This document shows positions 1-8,763 of a DNA stretch of 64,000 bases, in pieces. Numbering within the stretch: position 1 is the first letter of the stretch; each line of letters opens with the position of its first letter. This stretch comes from Spirochaetia bacterium. GTDB lineage: Bacteria > Spirochaetota > Spirochaetia > SZUA-6 > Bin103. The stretch is from NCBI GenBank assembly GCA_965199955.1, contig CBDATQ010000001.1:2144001-2208000 (forward strand), in the 5' to 3' direction. The notes under the pieces are model-generated. The model saw only the letters and a list, made by a program, of their open reading frames with translations. It had not been told where the DNA came from and did not search any database. The position numbers and the translations under genes are program-made.

Positions 1-1
1 C

Positions 2-1561
2 TTCCTGGAGGCGCTCATCGTCGGTGCGGTTGGCGGAGCGGCCGGCCTGGGGCTGGCGGCGCTGCTGTCGCGCCTGATGGAGCAGACGATCGGCTTCGGC
101 GCCCTGCATGCCGGACTGGTCGTCGCCGGCGTCGCCGCCGCGTGGACCGTGGTCGCCGCCAGCAACGTGCTGCCGGCCGCCGCGGCGGCACGGATGCCGG
201 CCGCGGACGCGATCCGCTACGAGCAGGATCCGGCCATGCGGACGCTCCGGTCGATCCTCGGCAGCCTGGCGCGCTCGCCGTTCAAGTCGTCCATCACCTT
301 GGCGACGGTCGGGCTGGGCGTGGGCGTCCTGATCTTCGCGCTGTCGATCTCGACCGCCTTCAACCGGCTGATCGCGGAGAACCTGGAACGGAACGGGCGC
401 GTGGTCATGGTCGCCAATGCGCGGTGGGACGAGGCCGGGGCCCTGGAGTCGGTGAAGCCGTTCCAGTTCGACGGGCGCGCACCCGCTGCGCTCCTGCACG
501 GCGTGGTGGGCGCACGGGCGGCGAGCCCGGTGACGGAGACGAGTTGGACGGACTTCCAGACGGAGCGGGGCACCTACCAGGTCAGGAGCGTGCTGGGGGT
601 AGGCGAGTCCTACCTGGACGTGATGGGGCTCGATCTCCTGCTCGGATCGCCGATCACCGCGGCGGCGATGGCCACCGGGGAACGGCACGCGCTGCTCAGC
701 GCCACGCTGGCCGAGCTCCTGTTCGGCTCGCCGGTCGAGGCGGTCGGTCAGACCGTCCGGCCGCCGATGCCCGATGTCTCGATTCAGGGAGGAGAGGATC
801 TCCAGGGCGCCGTCGTGGCCATGCTGCGCGATCTCCTGTCGCCACCGATCACGGTGGGCGGCGTATTCGCCGACCCCAGCGAGCTGCAGCGCCGCGCCTA
901 CGGCGTAGCCGACATGCTGGTGCCGGCGACCGCGACGGTACCCGGCCAAGCCGTGGACTTCATGGAGGGATTCCTGATGTCGCGCATCGCACTGCTCGTG
1001 GAGGGGAGTGAGCTCGACACGATCGAGAGCCAGGCGCGCGCCGCGCTGGCGCAGCAGTACGGCGACGACGTGGCCGTGGTGGTGTGGGAAGGGCAGCCGG
1101 GCGGCGGCAGCGCCGACCTGGAGGAGGCTCGCTCGACCGTGCGGACCTTCTCGCTGGTGGTGAACCTGCTCGGGTTCGTGCTGCTGGTCACCGGCTGCGT
1201 GGGGATCCTCAGCATCATGCTGGTGGAGGTGCTGGGCCGTACCCGCCAGATCGCCATCGCCCGCGCGTTCGGGGCCACGAAGAGCGCGATGCTCCGCGAG
1301 TTCGTGGCCCGATCGCTCATCATGGTCAGCCTCGCGGCGGCGGTCGGCGTCGCCCTGAGCCTGTTCCTGTCCGGTCCGCTTACCGACCTGGTGGTGCCGA
1401 TCTTCCGCGGCGTGACCGAGGCCGATCTGGGCGGCAGCGTGATCTCGCCGGCGGCAATGCTGGTCGGGGTTGCGGCCGCGCCGGGCGTGGGCGGCCTGAT
1501 GGGAGTCCTGCCGGTGTTCTCGGCACTGGCGACGCCGATCGCCGAAGGGATCCGCGACTGA
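2..1561 (+). CDS. MacB/FtsX-family ABC permease; 5'-partial, apparently two permease units fused in frame
   Basis: Frame open from base 2 (FLEALIVGAVGGAAGLGLA...RMPAADAIRYE, a typical FtsX C-terminus). It continues without a stop into a second complete permease (MRTLRS...LGVGVLIFAL...GILSIMLVEVLGRTRQIAIARAFGA...PIAEGIRD). Confidence 0.85.
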   Translation, partial: FLEALIVGAVGGAAGLGLAALLSRLMEQTIGFGALHAGLVVAGVAAAWTVVAASNVLPAAAAARMPAADAIRYEQDPAMRTLRSILGSLARSPFKSSITLATVGLGVGVLIFALSISTAFNRLIAENLERNGRVVMVANARWDEAGALESVKPFQFDGRAPAALLHGVVGARAASPVTETSWTDFQTERGTYQVRSVLGVGESYLDVMGLDLLLGSPITAAAMATGERHALLSATLAELLFGSPVEAVGQTVRPPMPDVSIQGGEDLQGAVVAMLRDLLSPPITVGGVFADPSELQRRAYGVADMLVPATATVPGQAVDFMEGFLMSRIALLVEGSELDTIESQARAALAQQYGDDVAVVVWEGQPGGGSADLEEARSTVRTFSLVVNLLGFVLLVTGCVGILSIMLVEVLGRTRQIAIARAFGATKSAMLREFVARSLIMVSLAAAVGVALSLFLSGPLTDLVVPIFRGVTEADLGGSVISPAAMLVGVAAAPGVGGLMGVLPVFSALATPIAEGIRD

Positions 1562-1562
1562 A

Positions 1563-2696
1563 TTACCGGGTCCGGTCGAGCACGTACGTCATCAACGACG
1601 GGATGCCGGCGACCCAGACGACCGGCGGAAACTGGCCCGGCGGGCTCCAAACATAGCCTAGCCGATGCAACGCATCGCGCGCCGCCAGCCGGTCGGCGGG
1701 GTCGGCGCCGGTCGTCGCGAGGGCTGTGTCGATGGCGTGATCGGAAGCGGCGGCGCCGGTGCCGGCCTGGAACAGCGGCGCCAGGGCTGCGGACGCAGGC
1801 AGCAGGCCGCGGGTCTCCAGTTCGCGGTAGCGGTCCTGATAGTAGTCCGTGACTCTGGCCGTCACGTCAGGCCGCGCGGCGTCAGCGTGAGCGGCGGTGA
1901 GTCGGCGCGCGCCAGTGGCCAGATGCCGCTTCCACAGGATTTCGCCCCAGAGTTGAATGAAGTACGGATAACGCTGACTCTCTTCGACAACAGTGGTGAG
2001 CGCGTCGGCGTCAATGCTCACACCGTGGGCCGCCAGCGGCTCGACCAAGGCGGCGCGGCCAGCTGCGTCGCTCAGCAGGCCGATGCCAAGCCGCCCCTCG
2101 CCCAACCGGCTCCAGAACGAGGCGTTCATCGTGCCGAGATGCTCCGGCAGCCCCGGCGTGCCGGCAAGCACCAGCAGGAACGGCGCTTCGTCGCGCACCT
2201 GTTGGCTGGCGTTGAGGAGCGTGCGGCCTACCTCCAGGTCCAGCGTATGCGCCTCGTCGAGCAGTACGGCGAGCGGCTTCCTGCGGCAGCGAGTCGTCAA
2301 TTCTCCCCGCAGGTTCCTCGCATTCCCGGACGGCGGCGCCCGTTCGACGGAGCCGACGGCCGCCACGCCCACCTTCCGGGGCAGCAGCTTCGCCATCGTC
2401 GACGGGGGCGCCAGCATATCGAGCAGCGCGGCAGGGGTGGTGATGTCGCTCGGGGTCAAGGTGACGACGTCCACATCCGCTTGGTGATCGCGGCAGGCGC
2501 GCTTGAACCAGTTGAGCAGCACGGTCTTGCCGTTGCCGCGTGGTCCCATCAGGGCGACGTCGTGCGGTGGGGAGGCGTTGCCGAGCAGGTCCGCCAGGCA
2601 CTGGGTCAGCACGGCCTGCTCGTGCTCGCGCCCGGTGAGTGCCGGCGGAGTGGCGCCCGTCCCGGGGGTGAAGACGCGCTGCACCGTCGCCATCAT
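1563..2696 (-). CDS. AAA-type P-loop ATPase (AAA_16-like ATP-binding protein)
   Basis: FTPGTGATPPALTGRE N-terminus, Walker A GPRGNGKT, Walker B LAVLLDEAH, RYPYFIQLWG motif. True start placed at ATG 2696 inside the long ORF 1563..4193. Confidence 0.85.
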   Translation of the reverse strand: MMATVQRVFTPGTGATPPALTGREHEQAVLTQCLADLLGNASPPHDVALMGPRGNGKTVLLNWFKRACRDHQADVDVVTLTPSDITTPAALLDMLAPPSTMAKLLPRKVGVAAVGSVERAPPSGNARNLRGELTTRCRRKPLAVLLDEAHTLDLEVGRTLLNASQQVRDEAPFLLVLAGTPGLPEHLGTMNASFWSRLGEGRLGIGLLSDAAGRAALVEPLAAHGVSIDADALTTVVEESQRYPYFIQLWGEILWKRHLATGARRLTAAHADAARPDVTARVTDYYQDRYRELETRGLLPASAALAPLFQAGTGAAASDHAIDTALATTGADPADRLAARDALHRLGYVWSPPGQFPPVVWVAGIPSLMTYVLDRTR

Positions 2697-2852
2697 GCCG
2701 AAAAACGTATAACGGCGCCCCGCCACCGGCAATCGAGGGCGCCGGACCCTATCAGCGGCTCGCGCGGCCATGGGACTGGACGCCGGGCGCACGTGGCCGT
2801 CTACTATTGCATGCAGGAAGACGCAATAACTGCGTCCCAGGACTGAAAGCAG

Positions 2853-3992
2853 ATGAAGATCACGGCGGTTCGCGTGCTGCACGTCGACCGCTACCTGTAC
2901 GCCCTCGTGGACACCGACGCAGGGATCACCGGTTTGGGCGAGTCGGGCACCTGGGGCTATCTGGAGGCATCCGGGGCGGTCATCGAGCGCTGGCGGGGGT
3001 ACCTGATCGGCCAGGACCCGCTTCGGATCGAGCACCACTGGCAGTACCTGTATCGATCCATGCACTTCCGTGGGGCGGCGGTCATGGGCGCCCTGAGCGC
3101 AATCGACATCGCGCTGTGGGACATCGCCGGCAAGCACTTCGGCGTGCCCGTGCATCAACTGCTGGGCGGCCGCTGCCGGGACCGGACACGGGTCTACTAC
3201 CATGTGTTCGGCGAGACGCGGGAGGAACTGGTGAGCGCGTGCGTCGCCGCCAAGGAGCGCGGCTTCACCGCCGTCGGCCACCTGTCGCCCTTCTACGACG
3301 TGCCGCGCGAGAAGCCGTACGCGCCGGGAACGCACGCCGCCAAGATGGCCGACGCCATCGAGACCGTTGCCAGTTGCCGTGAAGCGGTGGGAACCGAGGT
3401 CGACCTGTGCGTCGAGATCCACCGCCGCCTCACGCCCGCGGAGGCGGTCGTGTTCGCCGACGCGATCGAAGGTTATCACCCGATGTTCTACGAAGATCCG
3501 GTGACACCGGACAACCTCGACGAGATGGTGGAGGTGGCGCGCCGCGTCAACATCCCCATCGCCACCGGCGAGCGGCTGCACAGCATCTGGGAGTTCCAGG
3601 CGCTGCTGCAGCGCGGCGCCGTGCAGTTCGCGCGGGTGGACGTCTGCATGGTCGGCGGCATCAGCCACGCCCGCAAGATCGCCGCCCTGGCCGAGGCGTT
3701 CCACGTGCAGGTGGTGCCGCACAATCCGCTGAGCCCGGTCAGCACCGCCGTGTGCGTGCAGCTTGCCGCCTCGATCCCGAATTTCGCGATCCAGGAGCTG
3801 CCCACCAGTGAGGAGCAGTCTCCCAAGCGCGACATCGTCACGCAGCCGCTCACGGTCCGCGACGGCTACCTGCTGGTTCCCGACGGACCCGGCATCGGTA
3901 TCGATCTGGCGCCGGGAGCCGAGCGGATTCCGCCGCGCCCGCGGCCGTTCGTGACGCGCTTGCACGAGGACGGATCGGTCGTGGACGATTGA
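2853..3992 (+). CDS. Mandelate racemase/muconate lactonizing enzyme family; galactonate dehydratase-like
   Basis: MKITAV...DAGITGLGE, SAIDIALWDIAGK, YEDP, IATGERL, VVPHNPL motifs of the enolase superfamily. Confidence 0.9.
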   Translation: MKITAVRVLHVDRYLYALVDTDAGITGLGESGTWGYLEASGAVIERWRGYLIGQDPLRIEHHWQYLYRSMHFRGAAVMGALSAIDIALWDIAGKHFGVPVHQLLGGRCRDRTRVYYHVFGETREELVSACVAAKERGFTAVGHLSPFYDVPREKPYAPGTHAAKMADAIETVASCREAVGTEVDLCVEIHRRLTPAEAVVFADAIEGYHPMFYEDPVTPDNLDEMVEVARRVNIPIATGERLHSIWEFQALLQRGAVQFARVDVCMVGGISHARKIAALAEAFHVQVVPHNPLSPVSTAVCVQLAASIPNFAIQELPTSEEQSPKRDIVTQPLTVRDGYLLVPDGPGIGIDLAPGAERIPPRPRPFVTRLHEDGSVVDD

Positions 3993-3999
3993 GGACACC

Positions 4000-4881
4000 A
4001 TGGATACCCGCAACACCAACGAGCGCACCGAGATCGCGGCCGCCCGGCGTCCCGACGTCGACGACTGGAGCGCGCTGAGCACCGGCGACCGCATCCGCCA
4101 CCTGGAGCTGGAGGGGTACCTGGTCCTGCCCGGTCTCCTCGCGCCGGAGCAGATCGGCGCCATCGGCGAGGAGGCGGCCTCGCTGCCGCTCACGGAGACG
4201 GACTACTCGCCGCACAAGAAGGCGGCGGACGACCTGTTCGGCCACGATCTGCCTGCGACGATGGAGACGATCGCGCTCCCGGCCACGATCGCGTTCCTGG
4301 AGCGGCTGTTCGGTGACGAGGTGCTGTTTACGTCCATCGCCTACCAGCTCTGCGAGCCCGGCCACCCCGGCATCGCCATCCACACCGACGCGCAGCCGTA
4401 CGGCTCGCGCATCTTCGGCAGCCTGTCCAGCTCGCCGGTGCTGATGCGCGTGCTGTACTACCTGGACGACCTCACCCCGGAGTGCTCGCCCTTCAAGCTG
4501 GTGCCGCGCTCGCACCTGTCCGTGCACTTCGACGCCAATCCCTACAACCGCTTCCTCCGCCACGAGGAGGAGGTGATGGTGACCTGCAGGGCAGGCTCCG
4601 CCGTGGTCATCAACCAGAAGGTCTTTCACGGCAACTTCCCCAACTTCTCCGACCGCGACCGGCGCATGCTGGCGATCGGCTACCGGCCGGCCTGGGCCGG
4701 ACCGGTGACGGAGGTCGACCCGTGGAACGAGGCGCAACTCGCGCCGTTGCCGCCTGCGGCGCGCCGCTTCTTCCGGGACCCCAACACCCGGCGCATCGAC
4801 TACGACGTCCCCAACCGCCCCGACGACCTGGACCGCAGCAGCGCCGGCATCGCGCCCTCACGCTGGAGCGCGCTCGAGTAA
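4000..4881 (+). CDS. Phytanoyl-CoA dioxygenase (PhyH) family Fe(II)/2OG oxygenase
   Basis: LELEGYLVLP N-terminus, HxD (IHTD), LVPRSH, distal His in KVFHGN. Confidence 0.85.
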   Translation: MDTRNTNERTEIAAARRPDVDDWSALSTGDRIRHLELEGYLVLPGLLAPEQIGAIGEEAASLPLTETDYSPHKKAADDLFGHDLPATMETIALPATIAFLERLFGDEVLFTSIAYQLCEPGHPGIAIHTDAQPYGSRIFGSLSSSPVLMRVLYYLDDLTPECSPFKLVPRSHLSVHFDANPYNRFLRHEEEVMVTCRAGSAVVINQKVFHGNFPNFSDRDRRMLAIGYRPAWAGPVTEVDPWNEAQLAPLPPAARRFFRDPNTRRIDYDVPNRPDDLDRSSAGIAPSRWSALE

Positions 4882-4895
4882 TCGCCGGGCTTGCC

Positions 4896-5075
4896 TCAGG
4901 CGTCGTGCCAGGCGTGCTCCCAGGGCGTGCCTTCCAGAGACTCGCCACCGGGGTCTCGCGGCCCGAGCCGAATCACCTGCCGCTTGTAGCTGGCGATCGA
5001 GAGCAGGTCCGGGGACAAGGTGCGTTCCTTGGCGATGGCGCGAGTGATCACCCGTTGCCCGCGGCCGGGGCACAT
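4896..5075 (-). other. Short 59-codon ORF or C-terminal gene remnant (…IAKERTLSPDLLSIASYKRQVIRLG…TPWEHAWHDA*)
   Basis: My translation of the minus strand; GC3-rich codons; fills the gap between two genes; no recognisable family. Confidence 0.3.
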
Positions 5076-5089
5076 GGTATGCGTCCCCC

Positions 5090-5884
5090 ATGCATCCGTT
5101 TACGCAACACGACGTCCCCGACGGCGCCGCCGCCGTTCACTGGTTCGAGCAGAGCAGCTTCGCGATCCGCGATGCCGCCGGCACGCTGACCCTGGTCGAC
5201 CCGTACGCGCCCCACGATCGCCCGGCCGACCGGTTCATCCACGGCGAGCCCCCGATGGATGAAGCCGAGTGGCCGGCCCGCTTCGTGCTCCTCACCCATG
5301 CGCACGGCGACCACACCGACCCCGAGATCTTGGGAAGACTGCACGCTGCCACGCCGGACGCCCGCTACGTGGGCTCACGCGAGTCCATCGACCAGATCGT
5401 CGAGGGGACATCCATCGAGCCAGCGCAATGCACGGCGGTCACTGCCGGCGACCGCGTGCAGATTGGCACCATGGCGGTGAACGTCGTCTACGCGAAGCCG
5501 CCGGGCGGCGATCCGGCTGCCGGCATCGACCCGCCGGACACGCCTCACCTGGGCTACGTGGTCGAGGCCGGCCGGCATCGGCTCTACTTCAGCGGCGATC
5601 CGATCAACACCTTCGCCGAGCATGAGTCGCTGACGGCGCCGGTCGCGGCGCTGGAGCCGACGGTGGCGTTCCTGACCAACCACCCGACGGAGGGTGAGTT
5701 CCCGTACTTCGACGGCTGCGTGCGCATGGCGAAACGCTGCCGGGTCGGCATCGCCTGTCCCTCGCACTATGCATGCTTCGTTGCGCGTGACTACGATCCG
5801 GCCGCGTGGGCGGCTGCCTTCGGGGACGACGGACCGCCCACCCGCATCATCCCGCGCAACTCGCACGTCGTCTTCGAGGCGTGA
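5090..5884 (+). CDS. MBL-fold metallo-hydrolase (UlaG-like)
   Basis: LVDPY, THAHGDH metal motif, LYFSGD, PSHY. Confidence 0.85.
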   Translation: MHPFTQHDVPDGAAAVHWFEQSSFAIRDAAGTLTLVDPYAPHDRPADRFIHGEPPMDEAEWPARFVLLTHAHGDHTDPEILGRLHAATPDARYVGSRESIDQIVEGTSIEPAQCTAVTAGDRVQIGTMAVNVVYAKPPGGDPAAGIDPPDTPHLGYVVEAGRHRLYFSGDPINTFAEHESLTAPVAALEPTVAFLTNHPTEGEFPYFDGCVRMAKRCRVGIACPSHYACFVARDYDPAAWAAAFGDDGPPTRIIPRNSHVVFEA

Positions 5885-5886
5885 AC

Positions 5887-5913
5887 GAAGCGAACCTCAC
5901 TCGAAGATGACCG
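5887..5913 (+). repeat. Palindromic element copy 1 (GAAGCGAACCTCACTCGAAGA-TGACCG)
   Basis: Matches copies at 6817-6841 and 21793-21821; this copy lacks one G in the 3' stem arm. Confidence 0.85.
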
Positions 5914-6651
5914 CGCAGGCGGGGCTGGTGGAGGAAGCGCTGGCGGACGGCATGGGCATGGCCGCGCTCGACGAGCCGGGGTACGCCGACCGCTACCTGA
6001 GCGGTCGCTGCCGAGCGCGCGGGTACCGGTCGCTGCGGCAGGCCGCGCAGCGGATCCGGCGCCGTTCACGGCGGCTGCAGCGCCGCGGCACGCGCGCCAT
6101 ATCCTTCTGGTACATCCCTCACTACGACACCCTGTGCCATGACCACGGGGTCGCCAGCACGCAGGCCCGCGGCCTCCTGGAGGACCTTCAGGGCATGCTG
6201 CTGGAGCTTGCCGCTGCGCTGCCAGACGGGACGCGCATGGCGCTCACGGCCGATCACGGCCTGATCGACCTGAACCGGGGCCAGAAGGTGACGATCTTCG
6301 ACGGCGACCCGTTGCTCGACTGCCTGCGCGCCGTTGCCGAGCGGGGAAGGGCGCACGCCCCACTTCCACGTCCGGCCGGGCCGGGGTCCGGAGCTGGTCG
6401 AGCGCCTGGCCGACCGGTGCGGCGGGCGGATGGCCGTGCTCAGTCTGGACGAAGCGGAGGAGATGCGGCTGTTCGGCCCGGAGCCGCTGAGCGATCAGGC
6501 ACGGCGGCGCTTCGGCGACTACATCGGCGTGACGCCGGAACCGCTGAGCGTGGGCTACCATCAGTCCGAGGAGGATTTCGGGCTGCGGAACGTCGGCATC
6601 CACGGCGGCATGAGCCCCGACGAAGTCCGGATTCCTCTGATAGTGCTGTGA
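5907..6651 (+). pseudogene. Alkaline phosphatase / nucleotide pyrophosphatase family, 5'-truncated and frameshifted
   Basis: YIPHYDTLCHDHG and LTADHG in one frame; GEGR…GIHGGMSPDEVRIPL in another frame (shift near 6330). The N-terminal catalytic segment is absent. Confidence 0.75.
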
Positions 6652-6676
6652 TGGCCACCTGTTCGAGCTGCCAATC

Positions 6677-7636
6677 GTGAGGCACCTCCACAGGTTCGCG
6701 GGCAATCCCCTCGACCGCGGCGAGCAGGAGCGCCGGGACGAGGCCTGGATCGAAGCCGTTGCCCGCGACGACGCCAGCAGATTCCTGCCGTTCCGAGAAC
6801 TCGAGGTGCTGGTGACCGATCACTCTTCGAGTGAGGTTCGCCGCGCTCACCCCCATCCGCGGCTCGGCTGGCTACGCACCGATCAGCTCCGGTCAGTGGT
6901 ACCGGACGCCCGGCCCATGCTGCTTGGCATGCTGGAGGGTGTCGCGCACTTCGCCGTGGACGTGTCCGACTGCGACGCTGCCGTGGCCTGGGCGGAAGGG
7001 CAGGACCCGCCCTGGCGCTTCGAGGACTGCCGCGCGGCGGGGACGGTGCTGGCGGCCGCGGAGACCGGCATCCTGGCCCAGGCCCGATCACAGCTCGACT
7101 GGCATGCCCGGCACGGCTTCTGCTCGGTATGCGGCGGCCCTACCGACAGCAAGCGAGGCGGACAGGTTCGCGAATGCACCGCGTGCGGCGCCCAGCACTT
7201 CCCGCGCACCGATCCGGTGGTGATCACCGTGGTCGGCGACGCCGCCACCGACCGCTGCCTGCTCGGCCAGTCGCGTGGGCGTCTGTCGCGCCTGCGCATG
7301 TACTCCGCGCTCGCCGGGTTCGTCGATCAGGGCGAATCGATCGAGGAGGCCGTGGCCCGCGAGGTGATGGAGGAAGCCGGCGTCCGGGTGAAGAACATCC
7401 GCTACCACTCCTCGCAGCCGTGGCCGTTTCCGTGCTCGCTGATGATCGGCTGCCTGGCGGAGGCAGCCAGCACGACGATCCGCAAGGATGACGAGGAGAT
7501 GTCCGATGTCCGCTGGTTCGACCGGCAGGAGGTGCTGCTGGCGCTGGAGGAGCAGAGCGAGCGGCTGACCGTTCCCGGCCCCATCGCCATCGCTCGCCAC
7601 CTCATCAAGGCCTGGGCCACCCGCGAGGGTTTCTGA
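6677..7636 (+). CDS. nudC: NAD(+) diphosphatase / NADH pyrophosphatase
   Basis: CSVC…CTAC zinc ribbon, FPRTDPVVI, Nudix box GFVDQGESIEEAVAREVMEEAG, SQPWPFP signature. Confidence 0.95.
   Translation: MRHLHRFAGNPLDRGEQERRDEAWIEAVARDDASRFLPFRELEVLVTDHSSSEVRRAHPHPRLGWLRTDQLRSVVPDARPMLLGMLEGVAHFAVDVSDCDAAVAWAEGQDPPWRFEDCRAAGTVLAAAETGILAQARSQLDWHARHGFCSVCGGPTDSKRGGQVRECTACGAQHFPRTDPVVITVVGDAATDRCLLGQSRGRLSRLRMYSALAGFVDQGESIEEAVAREVMEEAGVRVKNIRYHSSQPWPFPCSLMIGCLAEAASTTIRKDDEEMSDVRWFDRQEVLLALEEQSERLTVPGPIAIARHLIKAWATREGF
6817..6841 (-). repeat. Palindromic element copy 2, inside nudC coding sequence
   Basis: CGATCACTCTTCGAGTGAGGTTCGC; translated in nudC as DHSSSEVR. Confidence 0.85.
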
Positions 7637-7794
7637 GCCGGTGCACGGCTGGCTACGCCGGCGAGAGCGCGTGATGACCCATGGCCGAGAGAAGCGCCGC
7701 GGAGATTTCGGAGGCAGGATTCCCGTGGGTGCCGCGGCGCTCCGGACCGGAATCGAGTTGTACCGGGCCGCATAGCGGGCAGACCCCGCGGGCG

Positions 7795-8658
7795 CTAGGA
7801 ACGCGGCTCCGGCAGGCGGTATGCCGCAATCGCATTCTCCCGGAATACGCGTGCCTCCGCCTCAGGGCCGTGCCGTTCGACGTACGCCTGCGCGAGTGCG
7901 AACACCGTCGCGTACGGGCCGCCCCTGCGGCAGACCGGCCAGTTGCTGGCGAACAGCAGCCGTTCGGCGCCGAAACGCTCCCAGAGGGCGTCCAGCGTGG
8001 GCTCGTAGAAGCGCACGTCGGCCGGCGACGGCTTCGTGACGGCGTTCTCCACCAGGCCGGAGATCTTGCAGTACACGTGCGGCGCGCGGGCGAGCACGGC
8101 CATGCCCTCGCACCATGCGGGGTCGGGCGCGGAACCGTCGATGGGGACCTGGCCCACGTGATCGATCACGACGTGCGCCTCCGGCACGGCGTCGCACAGA
8201 TCGATCAGGGCCGGCAGCTCCGGCGCTCCCGGCACCACGTCCAGAGCGAGCTCACGGGCGACCAGCTCGCGCACGGTATCCACCAGCGTCGCGCGGCCGC
8301 GGCCGGTGACCGCGTCGTTGCCCAGACGGATCCCGCGGAACAGCGGATGCGCCCTGAAGCGGTCCAGATGTCTGCGAAAGTCGGCGTCGTTGCGAAGGTT
8401 GCCCACGAACCCGGCAATCGCGGTGTGCCCGGTGAGCTCCGCGTCGTCGGCGAGGTCCAGGATCCACTGGTTGTCCTCCAGCCAGGAGCTGGCCTCGACC
8501 ACGACCGTGTGGGTGACGCCGTGGCCAGCCGCGACTTCCAGGAAGTGCTCGGGTAGGGTGGTGCGATACAGGTCGGGGTTGTCCGAGGGCGGCCACGGCA
8601 CGCCCTGCGGGCGGTGCGGATCGAAGAAGTGGGTGTGGGTGTCGATGATCTGATCCAT
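7795..8658 (-). CDS. Amidohydrolase family 2 (sugar lactonase-like)
   Basis: IIDTHTHF, FRGIR, VIDHVG, CKISGL, LLFASNWPV. Confidence 0.9.
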   Translation of the reverse strand: MDQIIDTHTHFFDPHRPQGVPWPPSDNPDLYRTTLPEHFLEVAAGHGVTHTVVVEASSWLEDNQWILDLADDAELTGHTAIAGFVGNLRNDADFRRHLDRFRAHPLFRGIRLGNDAVTGRGRATLVDTVRELVARELALDVVPGAPELPALIDLCDAVPEAHVVIDHVGQVPIDGSAPDPAWCEGMAVLARAPHVYCKISGLVENAVTKPSPADVRFYEPTLDALWERFGAERLLFASNWPVCRRGGPYATVFALAQAYVERHGPEAEARVFRENAIAAYRLPEPRS

Positions 8659-8763
8659 GCGCGGACGATGCGCGACGCGCGCCTCGGCTGACAACCCGCA
8701 CGCAGGGCTGCTTTCCGAGGCGGGTCGGCTCGGTCATGATCGGCGGCAAGGAGCACAACCCGC

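Noticed and set aside
2697..4193. Apparent 500-aa N-terminal extension of the 876-aa ORF 1563..4193
   Set aside because: It is the antisense shadow of the dehydratase and PhyH genes; the ATPase family N-terminus and a -10 box place the start at 2696.
4896..4937. Three short CAGG(G)CGT repeats
   Set aside because: Explained by the PW/AW/A* codons of a minus-strand ORF remnant; too short and irregular for an array.
6320..6345. Programmed frameshifting as the explanation for split genes (also ~32950, ~39600, ~47725)
   Set aside because: No slippery heptamers seen, and the same genes or their neighbours carry deletions and stops, so decay or sequencing error is simpler.
7693..7741. 10-bp inverted repeat AGCGCCGCGG…CCGCGGCGCT between convergent nudC and amidohydrolase genes
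   Set aside because: Almost all G/C with a long loop; plausible by chance, at most an ordinary terminator.
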